From Felis catus (lineage: Eukaryota), in contig NC_058368.1 in assembly GCF_018350175.1 (NCBI RefSeq), positions 88,662,001 through 88,726,000 on the forward strand: 64,000 bases of DNA, given 5' to 3'. Position 1 is the first letter of the stretch, and the number at the start of each line of letters is the position of its first letter. A model generated the notes under the pieces. The model worked only from the letters and a program-made list of their open reading frames with translations. It was not told where the DNA came from and did not search any database. The translations under genes were made by a program, and so were the position numbers. This document shows positions 25,280 to 38,602 of this stretch, one piece after another.

Positions 25280-25580
25280 TTTTTAATATAATTTATATTA
25301 TAATCATGATAATTATAATAATTATTTAAATAATTATTATAATTATCATGATTATATTAATTATATATAATTATTATAATTATCATGATTATATTGTCAT
25401 GATTATATTAATTTTATATATATTATATAGTATATATTATATTAATTATATATATAACATATATTATATAATATATAATAATATATAATTAATAATAAAT
25501 ATATATATTTATTATTTACAAATAATAAATATATATATTTATTATTTACATAATTCATATAATTATAATAAGTTATATTA
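25280..25580. repeat. AT-rich low-complexity tract containing perfect palindromes
   Basis: 58-bp perfect palindrome at 25299-25356 and an exact 30-bp tandem pair at 25491-25550. Confidence 0.95.
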
Positions 25581-25729
25581 AGTTAGCTAACAAACAGGCT
25601 CTTTAAAAGAGCAAAATGTTTTAATCTTGATAAAGTCCCATTCACCATGTATTTTAGTTTCTGAATCTTGCTTTATTGCAATGTGTAAAAATGCACTAAG
25701 TTTAAGCCAATGGCTAAAAATCCATAATG

Positions 25730-26044
25730 CACATTCTTACAGTTGTCTAGGGTAGAAATCCAACAAGGGCACCAGTGTGGTCACGTTCTGGGAAGATTCA
25801 TCTTCTTGGCTTGCAGATGGTCACCTTCTGGCTTTGTGCTCACATGACCTCTCTCTGTATGTGTGCATGGAGAGAGAGTGCCAGCTCTCTGGCATCTCTC
25901 CTTGTAAGCATGCTAACCTCATGATGAGGGTCCTAAACTTGTGACCTAACATAACCTCATTATCTTCCAAGGCCCCACATGCAAGCTTATGGGGATAGAA
26001 CTGGAAAAATGTGAATGGGGTGGGAGCATAGTGTAGTCCTAGCA
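25730..26044 (-). mobile_element. MLT1-type (MaLR) LTR
   Basis: cttcttggcttgcagatggtcaccttct...ctcacatg and atcttccaaggccccacat match recalled MLT1A reverse-strand motifs. Confidence 0.7.
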
Positions 26045-28172
26045 TGTTTCCTGGTGGATTTCTTGAGGTTTCAACTCTTTGGTATTTACTCACTTTCTTA
26101 GATCATTAGGTTCACATCTTTTGTCAAATTCGGAAAATCAGCCATGATTTCCTGAAACAATTTTTTTATTTTTCTCTTGAAATATATTTTTAGTCCCTGC
26201 TTTTTTGTATTTTCTCTTTCTGAGATTCCTGTGACATAAACATTAGGTTTTATTCTTTGTGTGCTGTGTGTGTGGGGGGGGGGTTAAAAATTGTAGTCAT
26301 TATTCTTTTCAGTTGTAATTGTTGATTATGTACTTCTTTACACCTTTCTTCCTTTCCTGAGACTTATTCTCATTTTTTTCAAACACATTTGTAATTGCTT
26401 GCTTAAGCATTTTTTTTAATGATGTCTCCTTTCAAATCCATTGGGAATCCTAACACCTAGGTCATCATTGGCTTTGGGGGGGGTCTGTGAATCGTGTGAA
26501 ATATTAAAGATGACATTTCTCTGGGCTTTTATTTGGCGAGTGTTCTTAATTATTCATCTTTCACATTTGGGGTGTGTCAGAAGACTCTGGATGTTCTTAA
26601 ATCTGGTGTGTTAGCAAGTGGTGGGTCAATAAGACTGTGACTAGCAAATGCAGCCCCGGTTCTGTGCCCAAACCAGAAAGAGCAAAGTGAGCCCTGACCA
26701 GACACAGCTGGGAAAATACAGGGCAACCTGTGTGGAAAGTCACATCATCGTGGCTTTCTTCTCTCCAGGCAACGATGAGTGCATAGGATAGCTAAAACAT
26801 ATCGTTTGCCAACTGTATTTCCAAAGATGGAAGGATAAGTACTTGTAAAGCCCAAATGTCTGGTTGACAGTGGGAATTATTGAGGAAAAGTGTGTTCTGT
26901 GTGTTGAGGGCATTTTAGAAGTTTAGTTTATTCTAGTGGAAGGAGGTAATGATGGGTTTTAATGGGATGGTTGTCATTGATGTTGGGCTTACTCAAAACT
27001 TACATCGCATTGGCTCCTCTTACTGGTGTCTTTAGCCTAAATATCATCCCCCCCAAGACCTGTCAAAAGGAGCCCGGTCAGATAAGGGAGTGAGCCCTGA
27101 GCTGGTGTGCTGACTTGTGTGAGATGTGACACACCCACTCTAGCCACTCTTCCTGAATGCCTGCTTGGGAATGACCTTTGCCTCATGCCCACCACCACAG
27201 TGGAGTCACAGAGGAAAATGCTGGTGGTCAGCTCATCTGGCAATCTCAAGGCCAGTCCCTCCCTCTCTCTGCATAAACTTGGGGCAGGAGTGGGGTCCTC
27301 TGACATTCACCTTGGCACTCCATAGGAGATGTGGAACACTCACTGTTAATTACAGGACCAGAGGTCTCATGTTCTTCCTTCAGGCATACACCCAAGACCA
27401 TTTCCATCCCTAGTCTAGCCTTTTCTGGGGACCATGCCCCATGTGCTTGTTTCCTGACAGGTTAATTCTTCCTCTCTGTAGGCAAAACCAGCATCTTCAC
27501 TTACACTGGAGAACACAGTGACACAGAATGGCTGGAATAAGTTGACTTGTCAGAGCACCCCAATTAGACAGGATGAGGAGAATATCCTTGTACCTCCCAA
27601 TGTATGGATCATTCATTTAAACCCAAATATGTCCCTACCAGAACACTTTCCCCAATATTCCATCAGTCTGGTCCCAAAGATGGGGAACCCATTCATTATG
27701 GGCTAAGTAAAACATATCTTTGGGAAGTTTTTTGTTTGTTTGTTTTTTGTTTTTTGTTTTTTTCCAAAATTAACCCTGACCCTTTCCTGCAAGGAGTGGT
27801 TTTCCTGAAATGGAAGTGACGTCTATAACCACTTCTCAAAGTCAGACACTTCAGCTCCACATGGGAAACCTGAAGATGAGTTCAGCTTGTTTGTGCTCTG
27901 CGCCCCTCAGTGTGGCAGCAGTGGGAGGACTGGACTGCAGGCTGGAGGACTGGAAGGGCTGAGACAGGTACAGTTGAGCGATGCTCCTGATAGACTCGCC
28001 AGAAACAGGGTTGTGAGGGTGTCACAGGACAGTGAAGCTGAAGGTGGACCATGGTGGCACTTGTAGAAACCTTTGTAGACATCTTCTTTCTGCTCTGAAA
28101 ATGGAGGATGCACTGTGGAGTTATACAAATCCATAGAGATGTTGACACCAACTCCCCTTCAGCAAATGGCTC

Positions 28173-28238
28173 CCGAACCGTGAGACCATGACCTGAAGCC
28201 GAAGTCAGATGCTTAACCAGAGCCACCCAGGCGCCCCT
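28173..28238 (-). mobile_element. CAN-SINE head fragment
   Basis: gaaccgtgagaccatgacctgaagccgaagtcagatgcttaacc...cccaggcgcccc, with the body missing. Confidence 0.85.
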
Positions 28239-28239
28239 A

Positions 28240-28856
28240 ATATGTAAACATCATTAATCACAATCCACTGTGATTTTCGGAATGCATGGGTGGTTCACAA
28301 CTCACAGGTAAAACAATTTTATAAATCATATTAAAAAAGATGAAGGGGAAAAACCATAGGATCATCTCTATAGACGCAGACAAAGCATTTGACAAAATAC
28401 ATCATCTGTTCATTTTCACAACTCAACAAAGTGGGTTTAGAAAGTATACACCTCAACATGAAAAAGGCCATATATAAAAATAAAACATGCTAACATACTC
28501 AGTGGTGACAAAGTGAAAACCTTTCCTCTATGATCAGAAAGGAAGTACAAATATCTACTTTCACCACCTTTGTTCAACATAATACAAAAAGTGGTAAACA
28601 TAGCAATAGAACAAGAAAAAAGAAAGAAAAGTCATCCCAACATGGTAAGGGAGAATGAAAACTTACTATTTGCAGATGATAGGACACTATATAAAAAACC
28701 TTAATGAATCCACCAAGATACCATTGGAATTGAAAATTCATTCAATAAAGTTATACGATATACAATTATTATGCAGGAATCTGTTCATTTCTATAGTCAT
28801 GATGATGTAGCAGAAAGATAAAAAAATCCCATCTACAATGGCACCAAAAAGAAATC
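28240..28856 (+). mobile_element. Degenerate L1 ORF2 reverse-transcriptase fragment
   Basis: Encodes decayed IISIDADKAFDKI and LFADD motifs. Confidence 0.85.
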
Positions 28857-30445
28857 ACAGCTGAAGACTTCCATAATCGGAGACATCCAAATCCAAAAGA
28901 TATAGAGAAGCCCCATCAAACTCAACAAAACAAGCCAAAATCAAATACATATTGTAATAAAATTTGTAAAATATAGAGATAATAAAAACATCCTGAAAGT
29001 ATAAGAAGAAAGAAGTCCAACCTATAAGGAAAGACAAATGATGTTAACAGCAGACTTCCCCCACAGAAACCAGGCCAGCAGAAGGGAGTGGGATGATACA
29101 TTCAACACACTGAATGGGAAAAATATGTAGCTGAGAATACTCTATACATGAAGGCTGTCATTCAGAATAGCAGAGATAAATAGTTTCCCTGACAAACAAA
29201 ACTATATTGGTTCATGACCATTAAACCAGACCTTCAAGAAATGGTAAAAGGGAATTCTTTGAGTGAGAAAGACAAAAACAACAAAGACTAGAAGGAAAAA
29301 GAGAAAATCTCCATAAGCAATGACAAAACAAACATGGCAGTAAATTAATAACTGCCAATAGTCACTCTGAATGTAGACTACATACTCCAATCAAGAGACA
29401 TAGGGTGTCAGAATGCATAAGAAAAACAACACCCATCAATATGCTGCCTTTAAGAGAATCATTTTATACCTAAAGATACCTGCACATTGGGAGTGAAGGG
29501 ATGGAGAGATATTTATCATGAAAATGGATGTCAGAAGAAAGCCAGAGGAGCAATACTTATATTAGGGAAACTAGATTTTAAACCAAAGGCTAACAAGAGA
29601 TGAATAAGGTAACTATGTCATAATAAAGAGGTCTAATTAACAAAAAGATCTAACAATTGTAAATATTTATGCCCAAATTGGAACACTCAAATGCATAGAA
29701 CAATAACAAATACAAAGGAACTCATTAAGAGTATTAACAGATGTTAATGCCACAATTACAGCTGTGGACAAATAATCTAAGCAGAAATCAACAAGGTAAT
29801 AATGGCTATGAAAGACACACTGGACCAGATGGATTTAGCTGATGTATTCAGAACTATCCATATTAAAGAAGCAGACTACACATTCTTTTCAAGTGCACAT
29901 GGGACATTCTCCAGGGAGGATCAAATACTAGGTCACAAAAAAGGTCTCAATAAGAACAAAAATATTTAGATAATACCATGATTATTTTCTAACCAGCAGG
30001 CTATGAAACTGGAAGTCAGCCACAATTTTTCTTGAAAAACCATAAATACGAGAATGTTAAACAACATAATGCTAAAGAATAAATGGGCCAAATAAGAAAT
30101 TTAAAAACATAACGAAAAATACATGGAAACAAATAATAATGAGAACACAGCAGACTAAAACCTTGGGGGGGGGGGCACCTGGGTGGCTTAGTCGGTTGAG
30201 CGTCCGGCTTTGGCTCAGGTCATGATCTCACAGTCCATGGGTTCAAGCCCCACATCAGGCTCTGTGCTGACCTCTTGTTCGGAGCCTGGAGCCTGCTTTA
30301 GATTCTGTGTCTCCTTCTCTCTCTGACCCTCCCCGCACTGCACTAAGCTTTGTCTCACTCTGTTTCTCAAAAAAACTAAATAAGTGTAAAAAAAAATTTA
30401 AAACTTTTGGGATGCAGCAAAAGCAGTCACAAGAATGAATGATGA
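28857..30445 (+). mobile_element. Degenerate L1 fragment: ORF1 3' part plus ORF2 endonuclease, with inserted SINE
   Basis: aggctgtcattcagaatag (RLSFRI) and acattcttttcaagtgcacatgggacattctccagg (FFSSAHGTFSR). Confidence 0.85.
30165..30400 (+). mobile_element. CAN-SINE in L1
   Basis: ggggcacctgggtggcttagtcggttgagcg head and A tail. Imperfect TSD taaaaccttggg / taaaacttttggg. Confidence 0.93.
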
Positions 30446-30448
30446 CTT

Positions 30449-30662
30449 GGGGCGCCTGGGTGGCTCAGTTGCATAAGCATCTGACTTCAGATCATGTTGT
30501 GATCTTGCTGTTCATGAGTTTGAGCCCTGCATCTGGATATCTGCTGCCAAGCTCAGAGCCTGGAGTCTGGTTCAGATCCTATGTCTCCCTCTCTCTTTGC
30601 CGTGCCCCCACTCATTCCTCTGTCTCTCTCAAAAGTAAATAAACATTATTTTTTTTTAAAGA
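30449..30662 (+). mobile_element. CAN-SINE
   Basis: ggggcgcctgggtggctcag head. TSD aatgaatgatga on both sides. Confidence 0.93.
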
Positions 30663-30679
30663 AAACAATGAATGATGAG

Positions 30680-30997
30680 TAATTTAGCATCTTTCCATGT
30701 GTCTATTAGCTATCTCTATATCTTCTTCAGAAAGTGGCTATTCCTGCCTTGTGACCATGTTTAAGTTGATTGTTTTTTTGGTGTTCATTTTTATAAGTTT
30801 TTTTTTAATCTATTTTGGATACTAACCCTTTATCAAGTATGATGTTGGCAATATTTTCTCCCATTCTGAAGGTTGCCTTTTAGTTTTGTGGATAATTTAG
30901 TTCACTGTGCAGAAACTTTTTATCTAGATGAATTCCCAATACTCTATTTTTCTTTTATTTCCCTAGCACAAGAGACAGGTCTATTAAGAAGTTGCTT
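30680..30997 (-). mobile_element. Antisense L1 ORF2 3' fragment
   Basis: tattttctcccattctgaaggttgccttttagttttgt...tgtgcagaaactttt is a reverse-strand L1 motif. Confidence 0.85.
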
Positions 30998-32353
30998 CCA
31001 GAGGGGAAGATGGCGGTGTAGGAGGACATTGGGCTCACCTGGTCCTGCTGATCACTTAGATTCCACCCACATCTGCCTAAATAACCCAGCCAGAAGACTA
31101 GCGGAACGGACTCTCTGGAGCCAAGCATAGACAAGAGGCCCACAGAAGAGGGTAGGAAGGGCAGAGAGGTGGTGCATGCTACACGGATTGGCGGGAAGGA
31201 GACAGGGCAGGGGAGGGGCAGCCTGCCCTGCAAGGCAGATCCCCCGAATTCTGGCTTGCAAAAGCGGAGGAGCCAGACTCTGTGAGTTCTGACAGCCAGC
31301 AGGACTTAACATCTGGAATGTTAAAAGTCAACAGCTCTGCTCTCAGAGAGCAGGAGGGTGAGAGGATGCCAGGAGGGAGAGTTGTTGAGCCCAGGAAGAC
31401 AGAGCTCAGGTCAGTGGGGAACAAAGGCACTGGCAAGGGCCGTTTCCCTCTCCCATCCCCCAGCCTAAATTCCAAAGGGAACCAGTTCCCATCACTGAAC
31501 TTGCTTGCACCCTGCAAATGCCCAATGTTGTGCTTCTGTGGATCCATCTCTCTGACTGGCCTGCCTCTCTCACGGTGCTGTAGGGCCCCACCTGCAGGGG
31601 ACCACTGACATCAAAGCTAGCTAAGCCTGCCCCTCCAGCCCCTGTGCACCTTCCAGATCCACCTCTTCTAATACGCCCTTAGCCAGTTCCCATCGAAGCA
31701 GCACCACAAGCCTGGCAGTGTGGAAGTAGCCCAGACAAGGGCCACACCACTGCACAGTGAGTCCTGCCCCTGGGAGAGGGGAAGATAAGGTACACACCAG
31801 TCTCACTGTGGCCCCAGCGGTGGGCTGGGCGCAGACATCGGGTCTGATTTGGCCCCTCCCACCAACACAAGTTACTCCACACAGCACAGGGGAAGTGCCT
31901 GCAGTTTGGAGTCACCTCAGGGACTACCCAAAATGATGAAATGGAAGAATTCTCCTCAAAAGAAACTCCAGGAAGTAGCGACAGCTAATGAATGATCAAA
32001 AACGATTTAAGCAATGTAACGGAATAATAATTTAGAATAATAATTATAAAATTAATCACTGGGCTTGAAAAAAGCATAGAGGACAGCAGAGAATCTATTG
32101 CTACAGAGATCAAGGGACTAAGAAATAGTCATAAGGAGCTACACAATGCTATAAATGAGGTCCAAAATAAAATGGATGTGGCCATAGCACGGATTGAAGA
32201 GGCAGAGGGGAGAATAGGTGAATTAGAAGATATAATTATGGAAAAGGAGGAAGCTGAGAAAAATACAGATAAAAAAATCCAGGAGTATGAGGGGAGAAAT
32301 AGAGCACTAAGTGATGCAATCAACAGAACAATATCCATATCATAGGAATTCCA

Positions 32354-32392
32354 GAAGAAGAAGAAGAAGAAGAAGAAGAAGAAGAAGAAGAA
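32354..32392 (+). repeat. (GAA)13 expansion within L1 ORF1
   Basis: Direct count. It extends the IIGIPEEE Glu run. Confidence 0.9.
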
Positions 32393-34329
32393 GAGAGAGA
32401 AAGGGGCAGAAGGCGTACTTCAACAAATCATACCTGAGAACTTCCCTGATCTCCAGAAGGAAAAAGGCATTGCAATCCAAGAGGCACAGAGAACTCCCTT
32501 AAGAGGTAACTTGAATCGATCTTCTGCATGATATATCACAGAGAAACTGGCAAAATACAAGGATAAAGAGAAAATTCTGAAAACAGCTAGGGATAAACAG
32601 GCTCTAACTTACAAAGGTAGACCTATAAGAGTAGTGGCAGACCTATCTACTGAAACTTAGCAGGCCAGAAAGGAATGGCAGGAAATCTTCAATGTGATGA
32701 AGAGAAGAAATATGCAGCCAAGAGTCCCATATCCCTCAAGTCTGTCATTCAGAATAGAAGGAGAGGAAAAGGTTTACCAAACAAAAACTGAAGTAATTCA
32801 TCAACAATGAACCAGCCCTACAGGAGACTGTAAGGGGGATTCTGTGAGTGAAATGTTGCAAGGAATGCAAAGTACCAGAGACATCACTACAAGCATAAAA
32901 CCTACAGACATCACTATGACTCTAAACCCTTATCTTTCTATAATAACACTGAATTGAAATGGAATGACTGCTCCAATCAAAAGACATAAGGTATCAGAAT
33001 GGATAAAAAACAAGACTCATCTATTTGCTATCCATAAGACACTCATTTCAGACCTGGGGACACTTTCAGATTGAAAGTGAGGGGATGGATAACTATCTAT
33101 CATGCTACAGGAAGTCAAAAGAAAGCTGGAGTATCCATACTTGTATCAGACAAACTAGACTTTAAATTAATGGTTGTAACAAGAAATGAAGATGGGCCTT
33201 ATATAATAATCATAGGCTCTATCCATCAGGAAGAGCTAACAATTATAAATGTCTATGCACCAAATACAAGAGCCCCCAAATACATAAAACAATCAATCAC
33301 AAACATAAGCAACTTTATTGATAAGAATGTGGTAATTTCAGGGGACTTTAATACCCCACTTACAACAATGGATGGATCATCTAGACACAGGATCAATAAA
33401 GAAACAATGTCCCTGAATGATACATTGGATCAGATTGACTTGACAGATATATTTAGAAGTCTGCATCCCAAAGCAACAGAATATACTTTCTTCTTGAGTG
33501 CACATGGAACATTCTCCAAGATAGATCACATTCCCCAAGATAGATCCAAGACAGGTCACAAAACAGCCCTTAATCAGACTAAAAGAATTGAGATCACACC
33601 ATGGACACTTTCAGACAACAATGCTATGAAACTTGAAATCAACCACAGGAAAAAGTCCGGAAAACCTCCAAAAGCATGGAGGTTAAAGAAAACCCTACTA
33701 AAGAATGAATGGGTCAACCAGGCAATTAGAGAAGAAATTTTAAAATATATGGAAACTAATGAAAATGAAAACACAACAATCCAAGTGCTTTGGGATGCAG
33801 AGAAGGCAGTCCGGACAAAAAAATACATTGCATTCCAGGCCTACCTCAAGAATCAAGAAAAATCCCAAATACAAAATCTAACAGCACGCCTAAGGGAAAT
33901 AGAAGCAGAACAGCATAGACACCCCGAACCCAGCAAAAGAAGAGAAATAAGAAATATCAGAGCAGAAATAAATAATATAGAATCTAAAAAACTGTAGAGC
34001 AGATCAATGAAACCAAGACTTAGTTTGTTAAAAAAAATAAACAAAATTGATAAACCTCTAGCTAGGCTTCTCAAAAAGAAAAGGGAGATGACCCAAATAG
34101 ATAAAATCATAAATGAAAATTGAATTATTACAACCAATCCCTCAGAAATACAAGCAATTATCAGGGAATACTGTGAAAAATTATATGCCAACAAACTGGA
34201 CAACCTGGAAGAAATGGACAAATTCCTAATCACCCACCCTCTTCCAAAACTCAAACAGGAAGATATAGAAAACTTGAACACACCCATAACCAGTGAAGAA
34301 ATTTAATCAGTTTATCAAAAATCTCCCAA

Positions 34330-34544
34330 TTGTGGTGCCTGGGTTGCTCAGTCGGTTAAGTGTCCAACTCCGGCTCAGGTCATGATCTTGCGGTCTGTGA
34401 GTTGAAGCCCCACGTCAGGCTCTGTGCTGACAGCTCAGAGCCTAGAGCCTGCTTCGGATTATGTGTCTCCCTCTCTCTCTGTCCCTCCTCCACTCATGCT
34501 ATATCTCTCTCTCTCAAAAATAAATAAACATTAAAAATATTTTT
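34330..34544 (+). mobile_element. CAN-SINE inserted in L1 ORF2
   Basis: Perfect TSD aaaaatctcccaa (34317-34329 / 34545-34557). Confidence 0.96.
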
Positions 34545-37311
34545 AAAAATCTCCCAACAAATAAGAGTCCAGGACCAGATGTCTTCCCCAGGGAATTCTA
34601 CCAGACATTTACAGCAAAGATAATATCTATCCTTCTCAAACTGTTCCAAAAAATTGAAAGGAAGGAAAACTTCCAGACTCATCCTATGATGTCAGCATTA
34701 CTTTGATTCCTAAACCAGACAGAGATTCAGCAAAAAAATAGAACTACATAGAACTACAGGCCAATATCCCTGATGTATATGGATGCAAAAATTCTCAACA
34801 CGATACTAGCAAATCGAATTCAACAGCATATAAAAAGGATTATTCAACATGATCAAGTGGGATTCATTCCTGGGCTGAAGGGCTGGTTCAACATTCACAA
34901 ATTAATCAATTTGATACATTACATTAATAATAAAAAAAAGAAAATAACCATACGATTCTGTCAATTGATGCAGAAAAGCATTTGACAAAATGCAGTATTC
35001 TTTCTTAATAAAAATCCTCGAAAAGTCGGGATAGAAGGAACGTACTTAAACATCAGCAAAGCCATTCATGAAAAGACCACAGCCAATATCATCCTCAATG
35101 GGGAAAAACTGAGAGCTTTCCCCGGAGATAAGGAGCACAACAGCGATGTCCACTCTCACTGCTATTGTTTAACAGAGTGCTGGAAGAGTGCAATCAGACA
35201 ACAAAAGGAAATCAAAGGCATCCAAATTGGCAAAGATGAAGTCAAGCTTTCACTTTTTGCAGATGACATGATATTATACATGGAAAACCCGAAAGACTCC
35301 ACCAAATTCTGCTAGAACAGATACATGAATTCAGCAAAGTTGCAGAATACAAAATTAATGTACAGAAATCAGTTGCATTCTTATACACTAATAATGAAGA
35401 AACATACAGACAAATAAAGAAACTGATCCCATTCACAATTACACCAAGAATCATAAAATACCTAGGAATATACTTACCCAAAGATGTAAAAGATCTGTAC
35501 AATGAAAACTATAGAGAGCTTATGAAGGAAATTGAAGAAGATACAAAAAAGTGGAAAAACACTCAGGGCTCATGGATTGGTAGCATAAATATTGTTAAAC
35601 TGTCAAGACTACCCAAAGCTATCTACACATTCCATGCAATCCCAATCAAAATTGCACCTGCATTCTTCTCGAAGCTAGAACAAGGAATCCTACAATTTGT
35701 AAGGAACCACAAAGACCCTGAATAACCAAAGTAATATTGAAGAAGAAGTGCAAAGTGGGAGGTATCACAATCCCAGACTTTAGCTTCAACTGCAAAGCTG
35801 TCATCATCAAGGCAGCATGGTATTGGCACAAAAACAGACACATAGACCAATGGAATAGAATAGAGACTCCAGAATTGGACCCACAAAAGTATGGCCGACT
35901 AATCTTTGACAAAGCAGGAAAGAACATCCAATGGCAAAAAGACAGTCTCTTTAGCAAATGGTGCTAGGAGAACTGGACAACAACGTGCAGAAGAATGAAA
36001 CTAGACCACTTTCTTACACCATACACAAAAATAAGCTCAAAATTGAAAAAGGACCTGAATGTGAGACAGGAAACCATCAAAACCCTAGAGGAGAAAGCAG
36101 GAAAAAAAAACCTCACTGACCTCAGTCACAGCAATTTCTTACTCAACACCTCTCCAAAGCCAAGGGAATTAAAAGCAAAAGTGAACTACGGGGACCTCAT
36201 GAAGATAAAAAGCTTCTGCACTGCAAAGGAAACAACCAACAAAACTAAAAGGCAACCAAGGGAATGGGAAAAAAATATTTGCAAATGACATATCGGGCAA
36301 AGGGCTAGTATCCAAAATCTATGAAGAACTTACCAAACTCCACACTGAAAAACAAATAACCCAGTGAAGAAATGGGCAGAAAACATGAATAGACACTTCC
36401 CTAAAGAAGACATCCAGATGACCAACAGGCTCATGAAAAGATGCTCAACGTCACTCCTCAGCAGGGAAATACAAATCAAAACCACACTCAGATGTCACCT
36501 CATGCCAGTCAGAGTGGCTAAAATGAACAAATCAGGAGACTATAGATGCTGGAGAGGATGTGGAGAAACGGGAACCCTCTTGCACTGTTGGCGGGAATGC
36601 AAACTGGTGCAGCCACTCTGGAAAACAGTGTGGAGGTTCCTCAATGCATAGGGGCACTTGTACCCCAATGTTTATAGCAGCACTTTCAACAATAGCCAAA
36701 TTATGGACAGAGCCTAAGTGTCCATCACCTGATGAATGGATAAAGAAATTGTGGTTTATATACACAATGGCATACTACACGGCAATGAGAAAGAATGAAA
36801 TATGGCCTTTTGTAGCAACGTGGATGGAACTGGAGAGTGTTATGCTAAGTGAAATAAGTCATACAGAGAAAGACAGATACCATATGTTTCCACTCCTAAG
36901 TGGATCCTGAGAAACTTAACAGAAGACCATGGGGGAGGGGAAGGAAATAAAAAGTTAGGGAGGGAGAGAGTCAAGCCAAAAGAGACTGACTCTTCAAAAC
37001 TTAGAGTAAACTGAGGGTTGAAGGAGAGTAGGAGGGAGGGTGGATAATGGGAATTGAGGAGGTCACCTCTTAGGAGGACCACTGGGTGTTGTATGGAAAC
37101 CAATTTGACAATAAATTTCATATTAAGAAAAATGAGAATGTTGCCTTGGAGGTGAGTCTTTAGAGAAGACAGGGTGGAAACTCCACCCCAAGCAGGTGTG
37201 GTCAGGAAGGCAGTATTCCTCTCCTCCAGCTCCCAGTCCAGGGATATGACATCTCACTGGCGGGGGCAGGTCATCACCATATTTCATCTCCTCCAACTCG
37301 GCATTTTAATC

Positions 37312-37550
37312 TAGTTAAAACATTTTTTTGAATTCAGTTTTGTGAGACAGACAGAGAGAGAGATACAGAGACATAGCATGAGCAGGGGAGGGGAAGACAG
37401 AGAGGGAGACACAGAACATGAAGCATGTTCCAGGCTCTGAGCTCTGAGCTGTCAGTGCAGAACCCAGCAGGGGGCTTGAACCCACCGAACACGAGATGAT
37501 GACCTGAGCTGAAGTCGAATGCTTAACTCACTGAGCCACCCAGGCACCCC
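37312..37550 (-). mobile_element. CAN-SINE
   Basis: ...gcttaactcactgagccacccaggcacccc end and (GA)n tract. Confidence 0.92.
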
Positions 37551-38291
37551 CAACTCTGTGCTTTAGTGGTTAAATTGCCGCTGAGTATGGCTTCCATCTA
37601 GTCCCTACTCAAAAAGTGAAGGCTCTAACCCAGATGTGGCAGGCTGAGACTACTGGGACGACATCTGCCTAGCCCCAGCCCCCTCATAGGGCCCATCACC
37701 TGTGTCAGAGGTTCAGAGATTTGGGGCAGGGGGAGAAGATTTCTGTAAGAACAGAGAGCTCCTAAAAGGCACTGACTTTATTTGAAACTGTGGTGAAATT
37801 CAATTTTAAGAGCCCTCTCAAAAACAACTGAGACCTTGAGGATGAGCATTTAAGAGAAGGCTGACAGCTCTATGACAGCATTAAGGTAAACCACAGGTCA
37901 GTTTACTACAGAGAACCATGGAAGAGCCCTCTGGGTAGAAACAAGCCTCAAAGGCTGGCCTCAAAAGCTACCCCTGAAAAGGGGCCCAAATTTAATTGGA
38001 ACCTATTGTAGAGCAATCGATGTCCCAGGGCATTGTTGGAAACAACAGAGTAACCAGACTGCAGTTAGCTGATCTGAACTGCTGAGTATGACACCAAAAG
38101 AACAAATAGCAACAGAGAGACCGGGGAAAAAGAGAGTGATAGAGAGCCCTGCTAAAACTGCTATCATCCCATGCTCAAGGCTGTGCTCCCTGATGAGTGA
38201 CATCACTGACTACACACCACAGGGAAAATAGACTTCACTCAAATAGCCTAAGTCACTAAAGACATAAACAAGCAAAGAATGAAAATGAATG

Positions 38292-38345
38292 TAAACCAAT
38301 TTGTCAATAAATTTCATATATAAAAAAAAGATAAAAAAAAAGAAA
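38292..38345 (+). mobile_element. Extremely 5'-truncated L1 3' tail
   Basis: aaaccaatttgtcaataaatttcatat plus A tail, matching the end of the 31-37 kb L1. TSD gaaaatgaatg. Confidence 0.8.
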
Positions 38346-38552
38346 GAAAATGAATGTTGGAAAGGGAAGAAAAGGATCAGTACCCAGCACTGTACAATAT
38401 ATTACCTAAACTGTCCGGCTTTTAACAAAGCTATAATACATGCAAAGAAATAGGAAAGTATAACCCATCACAGGAAAGAAAAAAATAAGCAGACAATATA
38501 AGCTGAGTGGGCCCAGATGTCATACTCAACAGACAAAGATGTCAAAGGAACC

Positions 38553-38602
<50 letters not shown>

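Larger units (their letters stand above)
24480..25700 (-). mobile_element. Ancient L1 3' fragment, antisense, interrupted by a SINE and an AT-rich tract
   Basis: tttacattcccaccagtaatgcatgagag and ttttctcatgtgcttatgcc are typical reverse-strand L1M motifs. Confidence 0.75.
31000..37132 (+). mobile_element. Near full-length carnivore LINE-1, inactivated (5' UTR, ORF1 ~31933-32847, ORF2 ~32916-36910, 3' UTR)
   Basis: 5' GGGGAAGATGGCGG start; ORF1 coiled-coil and IIGIPEEE motifs; ORF2 endonuclease (GDFNTPL, SAHGTFSKIDH), RT ([13 protein letters not shown]) and C-terminal [14 protein letters not shown]-rich tail. Multiple stops and frameshifts. Confidence 0.97.

Noticed and set aside
27100..27710. 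Possible ancient ERV protease/RT remnant (LPECLLGNDL; IHLNPNMSLPEHFPQYSIS)
   Set aside because: Only vague motif resemblance and no catalytic motifs. It needs a Dfam or tBLASTx search.
28150..28170. Minus-strand CCATTTGCTGAAGG resembling the end of a late ALDH1L1 exon (FADG)
   Set aside because: Too short, has no GT donor, and is compatible with chance.
32311..32502. ORF with a poly-arginine run
   Set aside because: It is an off-frame reading of the (GAA)13 expansion in dead L1 ORF1.
33071..33997. 308-aa ORF as a functional endonuclease gene
   Set aside because: It is a fragment of L1 ORF2 bounded by frameshifts and stops, and the element is also interrupted by a SINE.
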